From the IMG/VR virus record IMGVR_UViG_3300017782_004332, positions 40,926 to 104,925 of that record: a DNA stretch of 64,000 nt. One strand, given 5' to 3'. The notes under the pieces are model-generated. The model was not told the DNA's origin. It searched no databases and saw nothing but the letters and a program-made list of their open reading frames with translations. Below are positions 39,480 to 49,100 of the stretch, piece after piece. A program made the translations under genes and the position numbers. This DNA is from a virus. Every line of letters begins with the position of its first letter. Within the stretch, counting starts at the first letter, position 1.

Positions 39480-41735
39480 ATGTCTAAACCAACATGGGTC
39501 ACGAATGCAGGTAGTCTTGGAACAATTCAAGAAAATGAAACACAGAATATCTCTTTAGCAACTACCGGCAATGATGTAACATTAAGTCTAATCAGTGGAA
39601 AGTTACCTGCTGGTATGAGATTAGTTGGATCAAAACTTGTTGGTACACCGTTTGACGTTGCAAAATTAACGTTGCATGAGTTTGTTATTAGAGCATCTAA
39701 TACATTTGGATCAATTGATAGAACATTTACAATTAGTGTCGAAGGTGAAGATCCTCCAATATGGTTAACTCCTGTTGGTACACTTGACATCGGTCCTAAT
39801 GGTGAATATTTTATAATGAATAAAACACCAATTGATTATCAATTAAGTGCTAGTGATTTAGATTTAAGTGCAGGTGATACATTAGAATATTATCTAGATG
39901 ATTTAAGCGGTCAATTACCTCCAGGTATTAATTTAAGTAAAGACGGAAAATTAACTGGAATCATAAACGCTCCACTTACATTAGATTATAAAGCAACTAA
40001 CGCAAATTATGATCAACAGCAGTTTGATTCGTTTCCATATGATTATGGCGGCGGTACTCAAGAAGGCGATGCTGTTCCAAAATATCTTTCTAGATTTTAT
40101 GAGTTTGAAGTTACTGTTACTGACGGTACAACTAGAGAACGTAGAAAATTTAGAATCTTTGTTATTAATGAACAACAGTTTAGAACTGACACAACATTAA
40201 TTAGTATTGATTCTGAAACACTATTATCAAGTTCTACATATTTAAGAGCACCTATTTGGTTAACAACAGGTAACTTGGGTGTACGTAGAGCAAATAATTA
40301 TATTACAATACCATTACAAGTTTATGACCCTAATCAATATAGCGGTGATGTTGTATATGAAATTGTAGAACTAGAGGATAGTACTCTAAGTCAATTACCT
40401 AACGGATTAGATCTTGATAGTACAAATGGTGTATTGTTTGGTAAAGTTCCATATCAACCTGCTGTTACATCAACTTTTACTTTTAGAGTAAGAGCGACTA
40501 GAACAGATAGTGTTAATAATGAACAAACATTTAGTCAACGTACATTTATTTTAAAAATACAAGGTGAAGTTGATAGTACTATTAAATTTACAAGTGACGA
40601 ACTTATTGGAACACTTGTACCAAATGAATTTAGTACTCTACAAATTGTTGCTACAACAACATTGCCAAACGCAGATGTTAGATACAATCTAGTAAGTGGT
40701 AACTTACCACCAGGAATTAATCTTAGTGGTGACGGTACATTAATTGGCAAGGTACAACAGATACCTGATACTGGACAACAGAATGGGTTGACTAGTATTG
40801 ACTTAACTAATTTTGGTCTTAATAGTTTCTTACTTGATGGTGGAACAACATCAATTGATAAAGAATATCGATTTACTGTACAAGCAAAAGATTACTATCT
40901 TGCGAGTGCAGTTACAAAAGATTTTAAAGTAAGTGTTAGTGCTGACAGTTTAACACAATACAGTAATATTTTCTTAAAACCGTTACTTTCAAAAACAAGT
41001 AGATTATATTATTATAATTTTATTACAGATGATAAGATTTTTACACTAAAGAATTTATATCGTCCTGCTGATGAACAATTTGGAATACAAAAAAATCTTA
41101 GTATGTTACTACAACATGGTATTGAAACTGTTAGTATCGAAAAGTATGTTCCAATTTTAGCACGTAACTTTAGTAGAAAAAATTATAGATTTGGTACTAT
41201 AAAAAATGCAGTAGCAAAAGATGCAAACAATAAAGTAATTTACGAAATCATTTATGTTGAAATGATCGACGAATTAGAACAAGAAAACAAATCCGTAAAT
41301 AGCAAAGTAGAAATTAGTGGCAACACCAAAGAAATCGATGCCAGCCAAGATAAATTTAAAGTATCAACTGATCTAATCACTATTGATCAATTGGTTGAAA
41401 AATTTGTATATCCAAATAGTACTACTGCTATGAAGCAGAGATTTGCTGAAGCATATCCAAATAATGATAGTTCATTAATACAGATAAATGACTCATTTTT
41501 ACCATTATGGATGCGTAGTATACAAGATGCAACAGGAACTAGTTTAGGCTATATAAAAGCAGTCCCTATTGCGTATGTTAAACCCGGAACTAGCATAAGT
41601 ATTATAGACAATATCAAAGACAGTGGCTTTGATTTTAAAACTATTCACTTTGATATTGACCGCTTAACCATAGATAGTGTTGAGGGTCAAAAAGGTGATA
41701 AATACATTGCATTTCCAAAAAGGAAGGTAATATAA
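39480..41735 (+). CDS. Structural protein with putative Ig-like repeats (baseplate-associated)
   Basis: Repeated P.W.T..G.LG and SG.LP.G..L...G.L.G motifs. Confidence 0.65.
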   Translation: MSKPTWVTNAGSLGTIQENETQNISLATTGNDVTLSLISGKLPAGMRLVGSKLVGTPFDVAKLTLHEFVIRASNTFGSIDRTFTISVEGEDPPIWLTPVGTLDIGPNGEYFIMNKTPIDYQLSASDLDLSAGDTLEYYLDDLSGQLPPGINLSKDGKLTGIINAPLTLDYKATNANYDQQQFDSFPYDYGGGTQEGDAVPKYLSRFYEFEVTVTDGTTRERRKFRIFVINEQQFRTDTTLISIDSETLLSSSTYLRAPIWLTTGNLGVRRANNYITIPLQVYDPNQYSGDVVYEIVELEDSTLSQLPNGLDLDSTNGVLFGKVPYQPAVTSTFTFRVRATRTDSVNNEQTFSQRTFILKIQGEVDSTIKFTSDELIGTLVPNEFSTLQIVATTTLPNADVRYNLVSGNLPPGINLSGDGTLIGKVQQIPDTGQQNGLTSIDLTNFGLNSFLLDGGTTSIDKEYRFTVQAKDYYLASAVTKDFKVSVSADSLTQYSNIFLKPLLSKTSRLYYYNFITDDKIFTLKNLYRPADEQFGIQKNLSMLLQHGIETVSIEKYVPILARNFSRKNYRFGTIKNAVAKDANNKVIYEIIYVEMIDELEQENKSVNSKVEISGNTKEIDASQDKFKVSTDLITIDQLVEKFVYPNSTTAMKQRFAEAYPNNDSSLIQINDSFLPLWMRSIQDATGTSLGYIKAVPIAYVKPGTSISIIDNIKDSGFDFKTIHFDIDRLTIDSVEGQKGDKYIAFPKRKVI

Positions 41736-41736
41736 T

Positions 41737-42363
41737 ATGGCAAGTAATATAGACACAAATAACATAGTTGAAACTTATCCAGTTGCTGGACAGGACAATG
41801 ATAGTCAAGGATTTAGAGATAATTTCCAGAATATCAAAACAGCAATAGGTGTAGCGAAAACTGAAATTACAGCGTTGCAGAATGATGCACCGTCTTTAAC
41901 AACTGACAACAATTTTAACGGTAGTACTCTTAGTAATGCAATTACAAAAGATATTACAGAAAAAACAAGTGCATCACAAATTGATGGTGTCGACGATACT
42001 ATTGATTTTAGTGCTGGTTCATACCAAAGACTTAACTTAACAGTTGAAGATCCAGGTGTAAACAGTATTAACTTTAGTAACTTTGGTCCTAACGATACAC
42101 TTACAAAACTTAGACTAGCAGTTACTAGTGTGGATTCCGGCGATGTCGCGAAAACAACTAGAAAATTTGAAATTAACCTTGCTGGTTCACCTATATACTT
42201 TAAGCAATCAACACCAGGTTCGGCAACCCCTTTAACGTTTCCAATTGATTTAGCCAAAGATGATCTTTCAGTTTATATCTTTGACGTATGGTCATGGACA
42301 ACATCAGGCGGTGTACCTGCAGACATTTATGTTGATTACGTAGGTAAGTATACTAGATCATAA
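41737..42363 (+). CDS. Probable virion structural protein
   Basis: YPVAGQDNDSQGFRDNF N-terminus; TAAATA 41699. Confidence 0.55.
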   Translation: MASNIDTNNIVETYPVAGQDNDSQGFRDNFQNIKTAIGVAKTEITALQNDAPSLTTDNNFNGSTLSNAITKDITEKTSASQIDGVDDTIDFSAGSYQRLNLTVEDPGVNSINFSNFGPNDTLTKLRLAVTSVDSGDVAKTTRKFEINLAGSPIYFKQSTPGSATPLTFPIDLAKDDLSVYIFDVWSWTTSGGVPADIYVDYVGKYTRS

Positions 42364-42623
42364 TGTTACATCCGTTACAAGAAGACGTTACCTCTCTTAA
42401 GGATGATCAATTAGAAGAAAAAATTAGAGAACTTTCTAAAAAATATTCTATAGCAAGTCGTCATTACAATCAGGATGTCTTAGGTCAAATGCAGATGCTA
42501 CTAACTACATATAAGGAAGAACATACTCGCCGTTTGCGTAAGCAGTATAATAATACTATTGCTACCGCAAAAGAAGAAGTTGAAACCGATTTAAATGAGT
42601 TAGTAAATGTTGATAAACAATAA
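42363..42623 (+). CDS. Hypothetical helical protein
   Basis: Coupled ORF, 86 aa. Confidence 0.55.
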   Translation: MLHPLQEDVTSLKDDQLEEKIRELSKKYSIASRHYNQDVLGQMQMLLTTYKEEHTRRLRKQYNNTIATAKEEVETDLNELVNVDKQ

Positions 42624-43239
42624 CGATACAGACCAAATAGCAAACTTCTTCTCGTGGGAAACTGACTTCGATGCAATACTTGCCATCGACGATGTAATAT
42701 ATCCAAACACGTATAATATTAGAATGAGTTTTTTACCCAAAGTAACTGACATCAAATTACAAAATAATAGTTTTGAAAGAGTAAAATATCTTATCCATAA
42801 ACTTTGTGAAAATAGTATGATCATCAAAGCAGGAAGTCCTTTAGAAAAAACTTTTTATAGTATGCCAATAAACAAAGTTTTATTGCCTGGAGATCCATAT
42901 GATCAATTATTTGGCATTGCATTATTTCATAAAATAAAGTCAATAGCAGGTGCATATATACATTTTGGACAAATAATGGTTGACAGCAAGATGGGAGATA
43001 ATGTACAATACACTGTAGACAATGATAGTTATGAAAACAGTGCATTACAAACAAAAACAATTGACGGTACAATTATTGAAAAACCTTGGTGGAACAGAAA
43101 TGACACAGCAACATTTGATCAAGTTATCAGTGAAACTAGTTACTGGCAAGGTGCAAGGACTTGGAGAGATTTAGGATATGGATCAGACGCTGAACAAAAA
43201 GAATTCAACCCAACAATCTTGGACGGCGGTCGAAGTTAA
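42607..43239 (+). CDS. Hypothetical protein
   Basis: 210 aa ORF overlapping both neighbours. Confidence 0.55.
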   Translation: MLINNNDTDQIANFFSWETDFDAILAIDDVIYPNTYNIRMSFLPKVTDIKLQNNSFERVKYLIHKLCENSMIIKAGSPLEKTFYSMPINKVLLPGDPYDQLFGIALFHKIKSIAGAYIHFGQIMVDSKMGDNVQYTVDNDSYENSALQTKTIDGTIIEKPWWNRNDTATFDQVISETSYWQGARTWRDLGYGSDAEQKEFNPTILDGGRS

Positions 43240-43747
43240 TTCAAACGGTAAAGCAGTATTAACTGATTTAAACGTACTCGAATTATTATACCAAGACAAG
43301 ATCGACAATGCAGAACATTGCATTGTAAAAGATACAGACGATATTAAAAAGTATAAGCAGTTTGTTGATATTAATCGTGATAATTTTACGACATTTAACA
43401 CAACAAACGATAACGTTGATCGAGATGGGTTTGATCAATCCAATAGAGAAAATTGGTTTATTCCGCAATCTTACAAAGATCTTGACATAGAAGCATATGT
43501 GTTGGGATTGTGTAAAACTGATCAAGAAAAAGAACGTGTAAATTTTGAACTAGATTTATATAAAAACTTTGCTATGATTGATGTTTTGAAATGTTTGAAA
43601 TACATTATAGATACATTACGTGAAAAAAAATTAGTTTGGGGTGTAGGACGTGGATCTAGTGTAGCAAGTTATGTGCTATATTTGATCGGAGTACACAAGG
43701 TTAACAGTATTAAGTTTGATCTTAATCCAGAAGAATTTCTAAGGTAA
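43178..43747 (+). CDS. dnaE: Stand-alone fragment of DNA polymerase III alpha (C-family)
   Basis: ERVNFEL...YIIDTLR....WGVGRGSSVASYVLYLIGVHKVNSIKFDL...FL matches DnaE G.GRGS.AGS.V.Y.L.IT..DP....L.FERFL; start uncertain. Confidence 0.8.
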   Translation: MDQTLNKKNSTQQSWTAVEVNSNGKAVLTDLNVLELLYQDKIDNAEHCIVKDTDDIKKYKQFVDINRDNFTTFNTTNDNVDRDGFDQSNRENWFIPQSYKDLDIEAYVLGLCKTDQEKERVNFELDLYKNFAMIDVLKCLKYIIDTLREKKLVWGVGRGSSVASYVLYLIGVHKVNSIKFDLNPEEFLR

Positions 43748-43782
43748 TATGTACTTAATAAGTACAGTAACAAGGAGGCAAT

Positions 43783-44232
43783 ATGGGAAAAACATATAGA
43801 ACAATGCAGGGCAGACAGATTGACATGGAGAAACTCCGTGCCCAAAATGAACTTATGCCTGCTGTAGGAAACATGAAGGTTAATGCTAGAGGTGACGAAA
43901 TTGGACCAGGTGGTAAAATTTTACGTACTAGAGAACAAATTATGGGTGAGTATTATGAGGCAAATCCAAATGCAACACCTGATCCTAACGCAAACAAAAA
44001 AGATAATACTGTAACAAATCAAAGTGCAGTACCACCGACAACAACATTAAAAATTGAAGACACTTCAGTTAATGATGTAGTTGAAAATGTAGATGAAGTT
44101 AAAGACGAACCAAAAATGAAAGACGAAACTCTTGCTAAAGTTGAAGAAAAAGTTGCTGAGAAAACTATCGAAGCAGTACAACGAGCAAGACGTAGACGTA
44201 GTGGAATCGAAGACGCAACAGGAGAAAAGTAA
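43783..44232 (+). CDS. Hypothetical protein
   Basis: AAGGAGG SD; AVGNM.VNARGD.IG.GG motif. Confidence 0.6.
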   Translation: MGKTYRTMQGRQIDMEKLRAQNELMPAVGNMKVNARGDEIGPGGKILRTREQIMGEYYEANPNATPDPNANKKDNTVTNQSAVPPTTTLKIEDTSVNDVVENVDEVKDEPKMKDETLAKVEEKVAEKTIEAVQRARRRRSGIEDATGEK

Positions 44233-44708
44233 TGGTAGCATCATTAACAATACACAAAGGCAACGTAAAGGCCAAAGGAGAAGATGTTCTATTAACTAAC
44301 ATGTACTTTGGCGAACAGAAGACTGCCGGAGGACTTATTGTTAGTTCTGATGATGGAGTAGAACGTGGTATTAAACCTCGTTGGGGCCAAGTATTTTCAA
44401 TAGGACCTAATTATAAACATCGGGACGAGATTACAATCGGCGACTGGGTACTCTTAGAGCATGGTCGTTGGAGTAGAGGAATTCATATCGAAGACAATGA
44501 AGGTGTTGAATGGATTATTAGAAAAGCAGATACAGATAGTATTCTAATGGTTACCAGCGACGAACCTTCAGATGTTAGCGAATGGGTCGAATTGCATAAG
44601 GAACAAACACAATACCTTAAGAGCAAAGAAGAAGAAAGAAACACTGCTTCTGACGCTCCTGCAATTACAATTAGAAAAGCACCAAAGCAAACACAAACTA
44701 AGGAGTAA
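44232..44708 (+). CDS. groES: Co-chaperonin GroES-like
   Basis: EQKTAGGLIV mobile loop, G.V..IGP, IGDWVL, IL.V; C-terminal extension. Confidence 0.72.
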   Translation: MVASLTIHKGNVKAKGEDVLLTNMYFGEQKTAGGLIVSSDDGVERGIKPRWGQVFSIGPNYKHRDEITIGDWVLLEHGRWSRGIHIEDNEGVEWIIRKADTDSILMVTSDEPSDVSEWVELHKEQTQYLKSKEEERNTASDAPAITIRKAPKQTQTKE

Positions 44709-44709
44709 A

Positions 44710-44922
44710 ATGTTCACAGCAATAATTTTGACATTTACAAGTTTATTCATGTACGACAATTCAGAGTTCTTTTCAGAAGTTAAAAAAGAACGTGCTGAAG
44801 GTTATAGGTTCGAATATGTGGGTAAACAATCTGCAGATGAATATACTCACAGTATCCCTGTTATAAATCAGGAAACTGGTGAAGAGTTTATTTATTGGCA
44901 ACATAAAAAGCCACAGGAGTAA
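44710..44922 (+). CDS. Hypothetical protein
   Basis: AAGGAG SD before MFTAIIL; ORF-track start overlaps groES. Confidence 0.5.
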   Translation: MFTAIILTFTSLFMYDNSEFFSEVKKERAEGYRFEYVGKQSADEYTHSIPVINQETGEEFIYWQHKKPQE

Positions 44923-44925
44923 GCA

Positions 44926-45336
44926 TTGGCACAAGTAGATCTAAACAAGTACAAAAATTTTGTACAAGAAGTAACCTCATTACAAAGTAATGAAACAGGT
45001 GCTCTAACTTCACAGTTAGAAAAATTAGAAAAAGACAGTGGTGTTAATATGGCATTACTATTAACAGGTGCAATTGGTATTGCATCAGAAGGAGGCGAAT
45101 TTGCTGAAATTGTTAAAAAATGTATATTCCAAGGTAAGCCTTTGGATGCAGACACAATCTTTCATGCTAAACGAGAACTTGGCGACATCGCTTGGTATTG
45201 GATTAACAGTTGTCGTGCTTTGGGCCTTGACCCTAATGACGTCTTAGAAGAAAACGTAAACAAACTAAAAGCACGTTACCCTGGTGGCGAGTTTGATGTA
45301 CATTATTCTGAGAATCGCAAAGACGGCGATCTTTAA
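44926..45336 (+). CDS. MazG-like NTP pyrophosphohydrolase
   Basis: SEGGEFAEIVKK, ELGDI.WY, N..KL..RYP. Confidence 0.85.
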   Translation: MAQVDLNKYKNFVQEVTSLQSNETGALTSQLEKLEKDSGVNMALLLTGAIGIASEGGEFAEIVKKCIFQGKPLDADTIFHAKRELGDIAWYWINSCRALGLDPNDVLEENVNKLKARYPGGEFDVHYSENRKDGDL

Positions 45337-45352
45337 TTAAATCACAAATAGG

Positions 45353-45381
45353 TTGACAGAAACATAAAGGATATGTATAAT
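45353..45381 (+). promoter_or_regulatory. Consensus sigma70 promoter
   Basis: TTGACA-N17-TATAAT, ATG 6 nt downstream (45388). Confidence 0.8.
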
Positions 45382-45387
45382 ATAACT

Positions 45388-45612
45388 ATGACTGATGATT
45401 ACGACATAAAACTTTCCGATGAGATTACTGCTCTTGTTAATGCATTTATAAAAAAGTATCCCCATAGTGAAATAAGCGTTGCAAGTTTTTTGTTTGCTAA
45501 TGCTATTAGAATTTGGAAAGAACAATTAGACGAAGAAGATTTTCATGCGTTACTAGAAGAAGTAACGGATAACATATTATACGACGAAGTTGATAAAAGG
45601 GTATTACATTAA
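45388..45612 (+). CDS. Hypothetical protein
   Basis: Start moved downstream of the promoter. Confidence 0.5.
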   Translation: MTDDYDIKLSDEITALVNAFIKKYPHSEISVASFLFANAIRIWKEQLDEEDFHALLEEVTDNILYDEVDKRVLH

Positions 45613-45621
45613 AAGGACTAT

Positions 45622-45804
45622 ATGAAAATATTTGTAGTATATATTTGGATGACTATGGCGTATCAGCCGTGGGACATTGTTAAGGTAGGCGAGTTCGCAA
45701 ACTGTGAGCAAGGCATTGCTACAGCAAACAATTTATATCCAGGATACGTAGCACTACATTGTATTACACCTGACTTGGTACCACCAGGAGGAACAGGCAC
45801 ATGA
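45622..45804 (+). CDS. Hypothetical protein
   Basis: AAGGA SD, 60 aa. Confidence 0.5.
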   Translation: MKIFVVYIWMTMAYQPWDIVKVGEFANCEQGIATANNLYPGYVALHCITPDLVPPGGTGT

Positions 45805-46211
45805 AAGTAGGATTTACAGCATCATCATTTGATTTGTTCCATAGTGGACATGTTGCTATGCTTAAAGAAGCAAGAAACAACTGTGACTTTATGATAGTTG
45901 GATTACAAACAGATCCTACAATAGATCGACCAGAAAAAAATCAACCAATCCAAAGTGTATTTGAAAGATATGTACAACTAGAAGGTTGTAAGTATATTGA
46001 CGAAATTATTCCATATGCTACAGAACAAGATCTTGTTGATATACTTTTAACCTATAAAATTAATGTACGTTTTATTGGCGAAGAATATAAGTCCAAAACG
46101 TTCACAGGTAAGCAATTATGTGTTGACAAAGGCATAGAATTATACTATAATAAAAGACAACATTCATTTAGTACAAGTGGATTAAGAAAACGTATAAGTG
46201 AGGCAAAATGA
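45801..46211 (+). CDS. Glycerol-3-phosphate cytidylyltransferase-like (TagD family)
   Basis: FDLFHSGH (HxGH), IVGLQTD, ER, FSTS.LR. Confidence 0.85.
   Translation: MKVGFTASSFDLFHSGHVAMLKEARNNCDFMIVGLQTDPTIDRPEKNQPIQSVFERYVQLEGCKYIDEIIPYATEQDLVDILLTYKINVRFIGEEYKSKTFTGKQLCVDKGIELYYNKRQHSFSTSGLRKRISEAK
46123..46151 (+). promoter_or_regulatory. Consensus sigma70 promoter within cytidylyltransferase gene
   Basis: TTGACA-N17-TATAAT upstream of the clamp loader. Confidence 0.7.
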
Positions 46212-47134
46212 AAGATTTATGGGTAGAAAAATATCGTCCTAACACAGTAGGTGACTATGTGTTTAGAGATCAAGCACAAAAAGATCAAATCAACGGCTGG
46301 GTAAAAGATAAAAGTATTCCGCACTTGTTGTTTAGTGGACATGCTGGTATTGGTAAGACTACACTTGCAAAAGTATTATTAAATGAACTAGAAGTTAATG
46401 AGTATGATGTATTAGAAATTAATGCAAGTAGAACAAACAGTATTGAAGACGTAAGAGATAAGATTGTAAACTTTGTACAAATGATTCCTTTCGGTGACTT
46501 TAAGGTTGTGCTACTTGATGAGGCAGATTATTTGTCACCAAATGCACAAGCGGCATTGCGTGGTGTGATGGAAGAGTATCATACAACAAGCAGATTTATT
46601 TTAACTTGTAACTATCCAAACAGAATTATTCCTGCACTACACAGTAGATGTCAAGGCTTTCATATTACTAATCTTGATCAAACAGAGTTTACTGCACGTA
46701 TAGCAACTATCCTGCTAGAAGAAAGTGTAGAACCAGACCTAGACGTTTTAGATACATTTGTAAAAGCAACATATCCTGATATGCGAAAATGTATTAATAT
46801 GTGTCAAATGAATAGCACAACAGGTAAATTACTTCCACCATCTAAAGGCGATACTGGTGAAGCAGATTATAAAGTAAGTATGGTTGAGTTGTTTAAAGCA
46901 GGTAAGATTACTGAAGCACGTAAACTAGTGTGTAGTCAAGCAAGGCCAGAAGAAATGGAAGACATATTTCGTTGGTGTTATGATAACCTTGATGTGTTTA
47001 GCAAAGAAGAAGATAAGCAGGATCAAGCAGTATTAATCTTAAAACAAGGACTAGTTGATCATAGTTTCGTTGCAGATCCAGAAATTAACATGAGTGCAAC
47101 ACTTATCAAACTAGCAAGATTAGGAAAGGCTTAA
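46208..47134 (+). CDS. Sliding clamp loader subunit (RFC small/T4 gp44-like AAA+)
   Basis: WVEKYRP, GHAGIGKTT, EINAS, LLDEAD, AQAALR, SRC. Confidence 0.93.
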   Translation: MKDLWVEKYRPNTVGDYVFRDQAQKDQINGWVKDKSIPHLLFSGHAGIGKTTLAKVLLNELEVNEYDVLEINASRTNSIEDVRDKIVNFVQMIPFGDFKVVLLDEADYLSPNAQAALRGVMEEYHTTSRFILTCNYPNRIIPALHSRCQGFHITNLDQTEFTARIATILLEESVEPDLDVLDTFVKATYPDMRKCINMCQMNSTTGKLLPPSKGDTGEADYKVSMVELFKAGKITEARKLVCSQARPEEMEDIFRWCYDNLDVFSKEEDKQDQAVLILKQGLVDHSFVADPEINMSATLIKLARLGKA

Positions 47135-47135
47135 T

Positions 47136-47384
47136 CTGAAAATAAGATACTATCATAAGATTGATGGCTGGAGGTGGCTAGGATTTATATTAGCAATGAT
47201 CAGTGCATTTACGTTAAGTGGTGGTAACCCAAACATACAATGGTTAGGTTGGACAGTAGCACTAGCATCATGTAGTATTTGGATTTGGATGGGAATTAAA
47301 GACAAAGATATACCAAGGGCATTAATGGAACTAATGTATTTGTTATTAGCAGTGCGTGGTGTATGGAACTGGACAGTAATTTAA
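47136..47384 (+). CDS. Small Trp-rich membrane protein (PnuC-like)
   Basis: Three hydrophobic segments ending G..NW; frame open back to CTG 47136. Confidence 0.45.
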   Translation: MKIRYYHKIDGWRWLGFILAMISAFTLSGGNPNIQWLGWTVALASCSIWIWMGIKDKDIPRALMELMYLLLAVRGVWNWTVI

Positions 47385-47402
47385 AATGGTTAGGAGTATA
47401 AA

Positions 47403-47741
47403 ATGGCACATCTAGTAAATGACAAATGTATAATGTGTAAGCACACAACCTGTGTAGAAGTTTGTCCTGTAGACTGTTTTTACGAAGGTGAAAACATGTT
47501 AGTAATTAATCCAGAAGAATGTATTGACTGCGGAGTATGTATTCCGGAATGTCCTGAAGAGGCCATTTATCAAACAGATGATGAAAACGATCCGTGGTAT
47601 AAACACAACGAATATTTTTCTACTACTGGCAACTGGCCTAATATTACAGAAATGCAAGATCCAATGCCGGGTTATGAAGAATATAGTTTGCAGTCGGGCA
47701 AAACTAAACTATTTTCTAAAAATCCAGCGGGTAAAGATTAA
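47403..47741 (+). CDS. fdxA: 7Fe ferredoxin
   Basis: C..CKHT.CVEVCPVDCFYEG....VINPEECIDCGVCIPECP. Confidence 0.92.
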   Translation: MAHLVNDKCIMCKHTTCVEVCPVDCFYEGENMLVINPEECIDCGVCIPECPEEAIYQTDDENDPWYKHNEYFSTTGNWPNITEMQDPMPGYEEYSLQSGKTKLFSKNPAGKD

Positions 47742-48448
47742 TCTTCGCCGTAAATTGTTAGAACCTCTTTAACTACTTCGTGTCGTTCTACATCTCCTTT
47801 TTCAAAATTACATACGGCTAACCGCTGTAATTGTTTAGGTGAAACTTTATTACAAAAGTCTAACAACCCATTAGATGTCATTCGATCTGCTTGTTGCAAA
47901 TCACCGGTCACTACCATTCGTGATCCTTTACCAATTCTGGTTAACAACATCTTCATCTGACTAGGTGTAGCATTTTGCATTTCGTCAGCGACAATAAAAG
48001 CATTCTTAAACGTTCTACCTCTCATATAAGCAAGAGGTGATATTTCGATAATATCTTCTTCAAGCATACCTTTAATTTCGTGTTTCCAAAAATACTCACC
48101 AAACACGTCAAAGATAGGGCGTGTCCATGGCTCCATTTTTTGTTCAATTGTTCCTGGAAGAAAACCGTGTTGTTCGTCTACGCTTACAGCCGGACGTGTG
48201 ATCACAATTTTATCAACCTGTTTCTCTTTGAACTCCTTGATAGCCATCATTACACCTAACAGAGTTTTACCTGTACCTGCAGGACCTACTGCAAATACAA
48301 TGTCTTTTTTCCTGTCTTTTAGTGTCTCTAAGTATGTTTCTTGGTTAATGTTACGCGGAAGTATAGATACTTCCTGTTTCTTATGTGTGTAGTTGTTATA
48401 ATCTATTACATTATTACTTCTACGTTCTTTGCGTTTTGCTCTTGACAA
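47738..48448 (-). CDS. phoH: PhoH family ATPase
   Basis: GPAGTGKT, ITRPAV, GFLPG, AYMRGRTF, DEMQN, LTRIG, GDLQQ.D. Confidence 0.95.
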   Translation of the reverse strand: MSRAKRKERRSNNVIDYNNYTHKKQEVSILPRNINQETYLETLKDRKKDIVFAVGPAGTGKTLLGVMMAIKEFKEKQVDKIVITRPAVSVDEQHGFLPGTIEQKMEPWTRPIFDVFGEYFWKHEIKGMLEEDIIEISPLAYMRGRTFKNAFIVADEMQNATPSQMKMLLTRIGKGSRMVVTGDLQQADRMTSNGLLDFCNKVSPKQLQRLAVCNFEKGDVERHEVVKEVLTIYGED

Positions 48449-48572
48449 TATAGACCTCCTTTAAAGGTTATGCCCAACTGCAAAAGTATTTAATAGATTT
48501 GCACCATTTTAAACCTATAATATAATATTTTTATTGACAACACAACAGATAAATAAAAGTGGAGACTAAATT

Positions 48573-49100
48573 ATGTATGACGTATTAAAAGTAATAGAAA
48601 ATATCAAGGGTATATACGAGTCTAATAACACACTTAGAGTACTTAAGGACTTTGAACGTGTTATGGACGAACTTGATTTATATGTGTTTGAAAACTGGGA
48701 AGATGGCGAATTATGCGAAGGTCCTATTGTAAACAGACACACTGTAGGCTGTAGTTTTATGTGGCCTAGAGATAAAATGCCTAATCCTAAAGCAGGTGAA
48801 AGGTTACTTGATTATAACTGTAAAGTTACATACAAAAAAGACTTTCTTATGCAACCAAGAAAAATTAAAACTCCAGGCGATTATAGACCGGGTACTAAAA
48901 AAGGTAAAATTGACAGACATCCTATTTGGATAGTAGGTATTGAAATGCCTAAGAGTTTACTGTTTGATATGTATAAAGGTTATCTAAGAAATCTTGATGA
49001 ACAATTATACGGTCAATTAGATGACGTAACAACTCAACCCGAAGTTCAAGCAACACCAGACAGCGACGTGGAGCAACAAAATGACATCACTCAAATCTAA
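48573..49100 (+). CDS. Hypothetical protein
   Basis: TAAATA 48550, GGAG SD, 175 aa. Confidence 0.6.
   Translation: MYDVLKVIENIKGIYESNNTLRVLKDFERVMDELDLYVFENWEDGELCEGPIVNRHTVGCSFMWPRDKMPNPKAGERLLDYNCKVTYKKDFLMQPRKIKTPGDYRPGTKKGKIDRHPIWIVGIEMPKSLLFDMYKGYLRNLDEQLYGQLDDVTTQPEVQATPDSDVEQQNDITQI

Noticed and set aside
43740-43790. Intron or split intein continuing dnaE
   Set aside because: Only 35 bp to the next gene; no intein N-terminal motif or intron core visible
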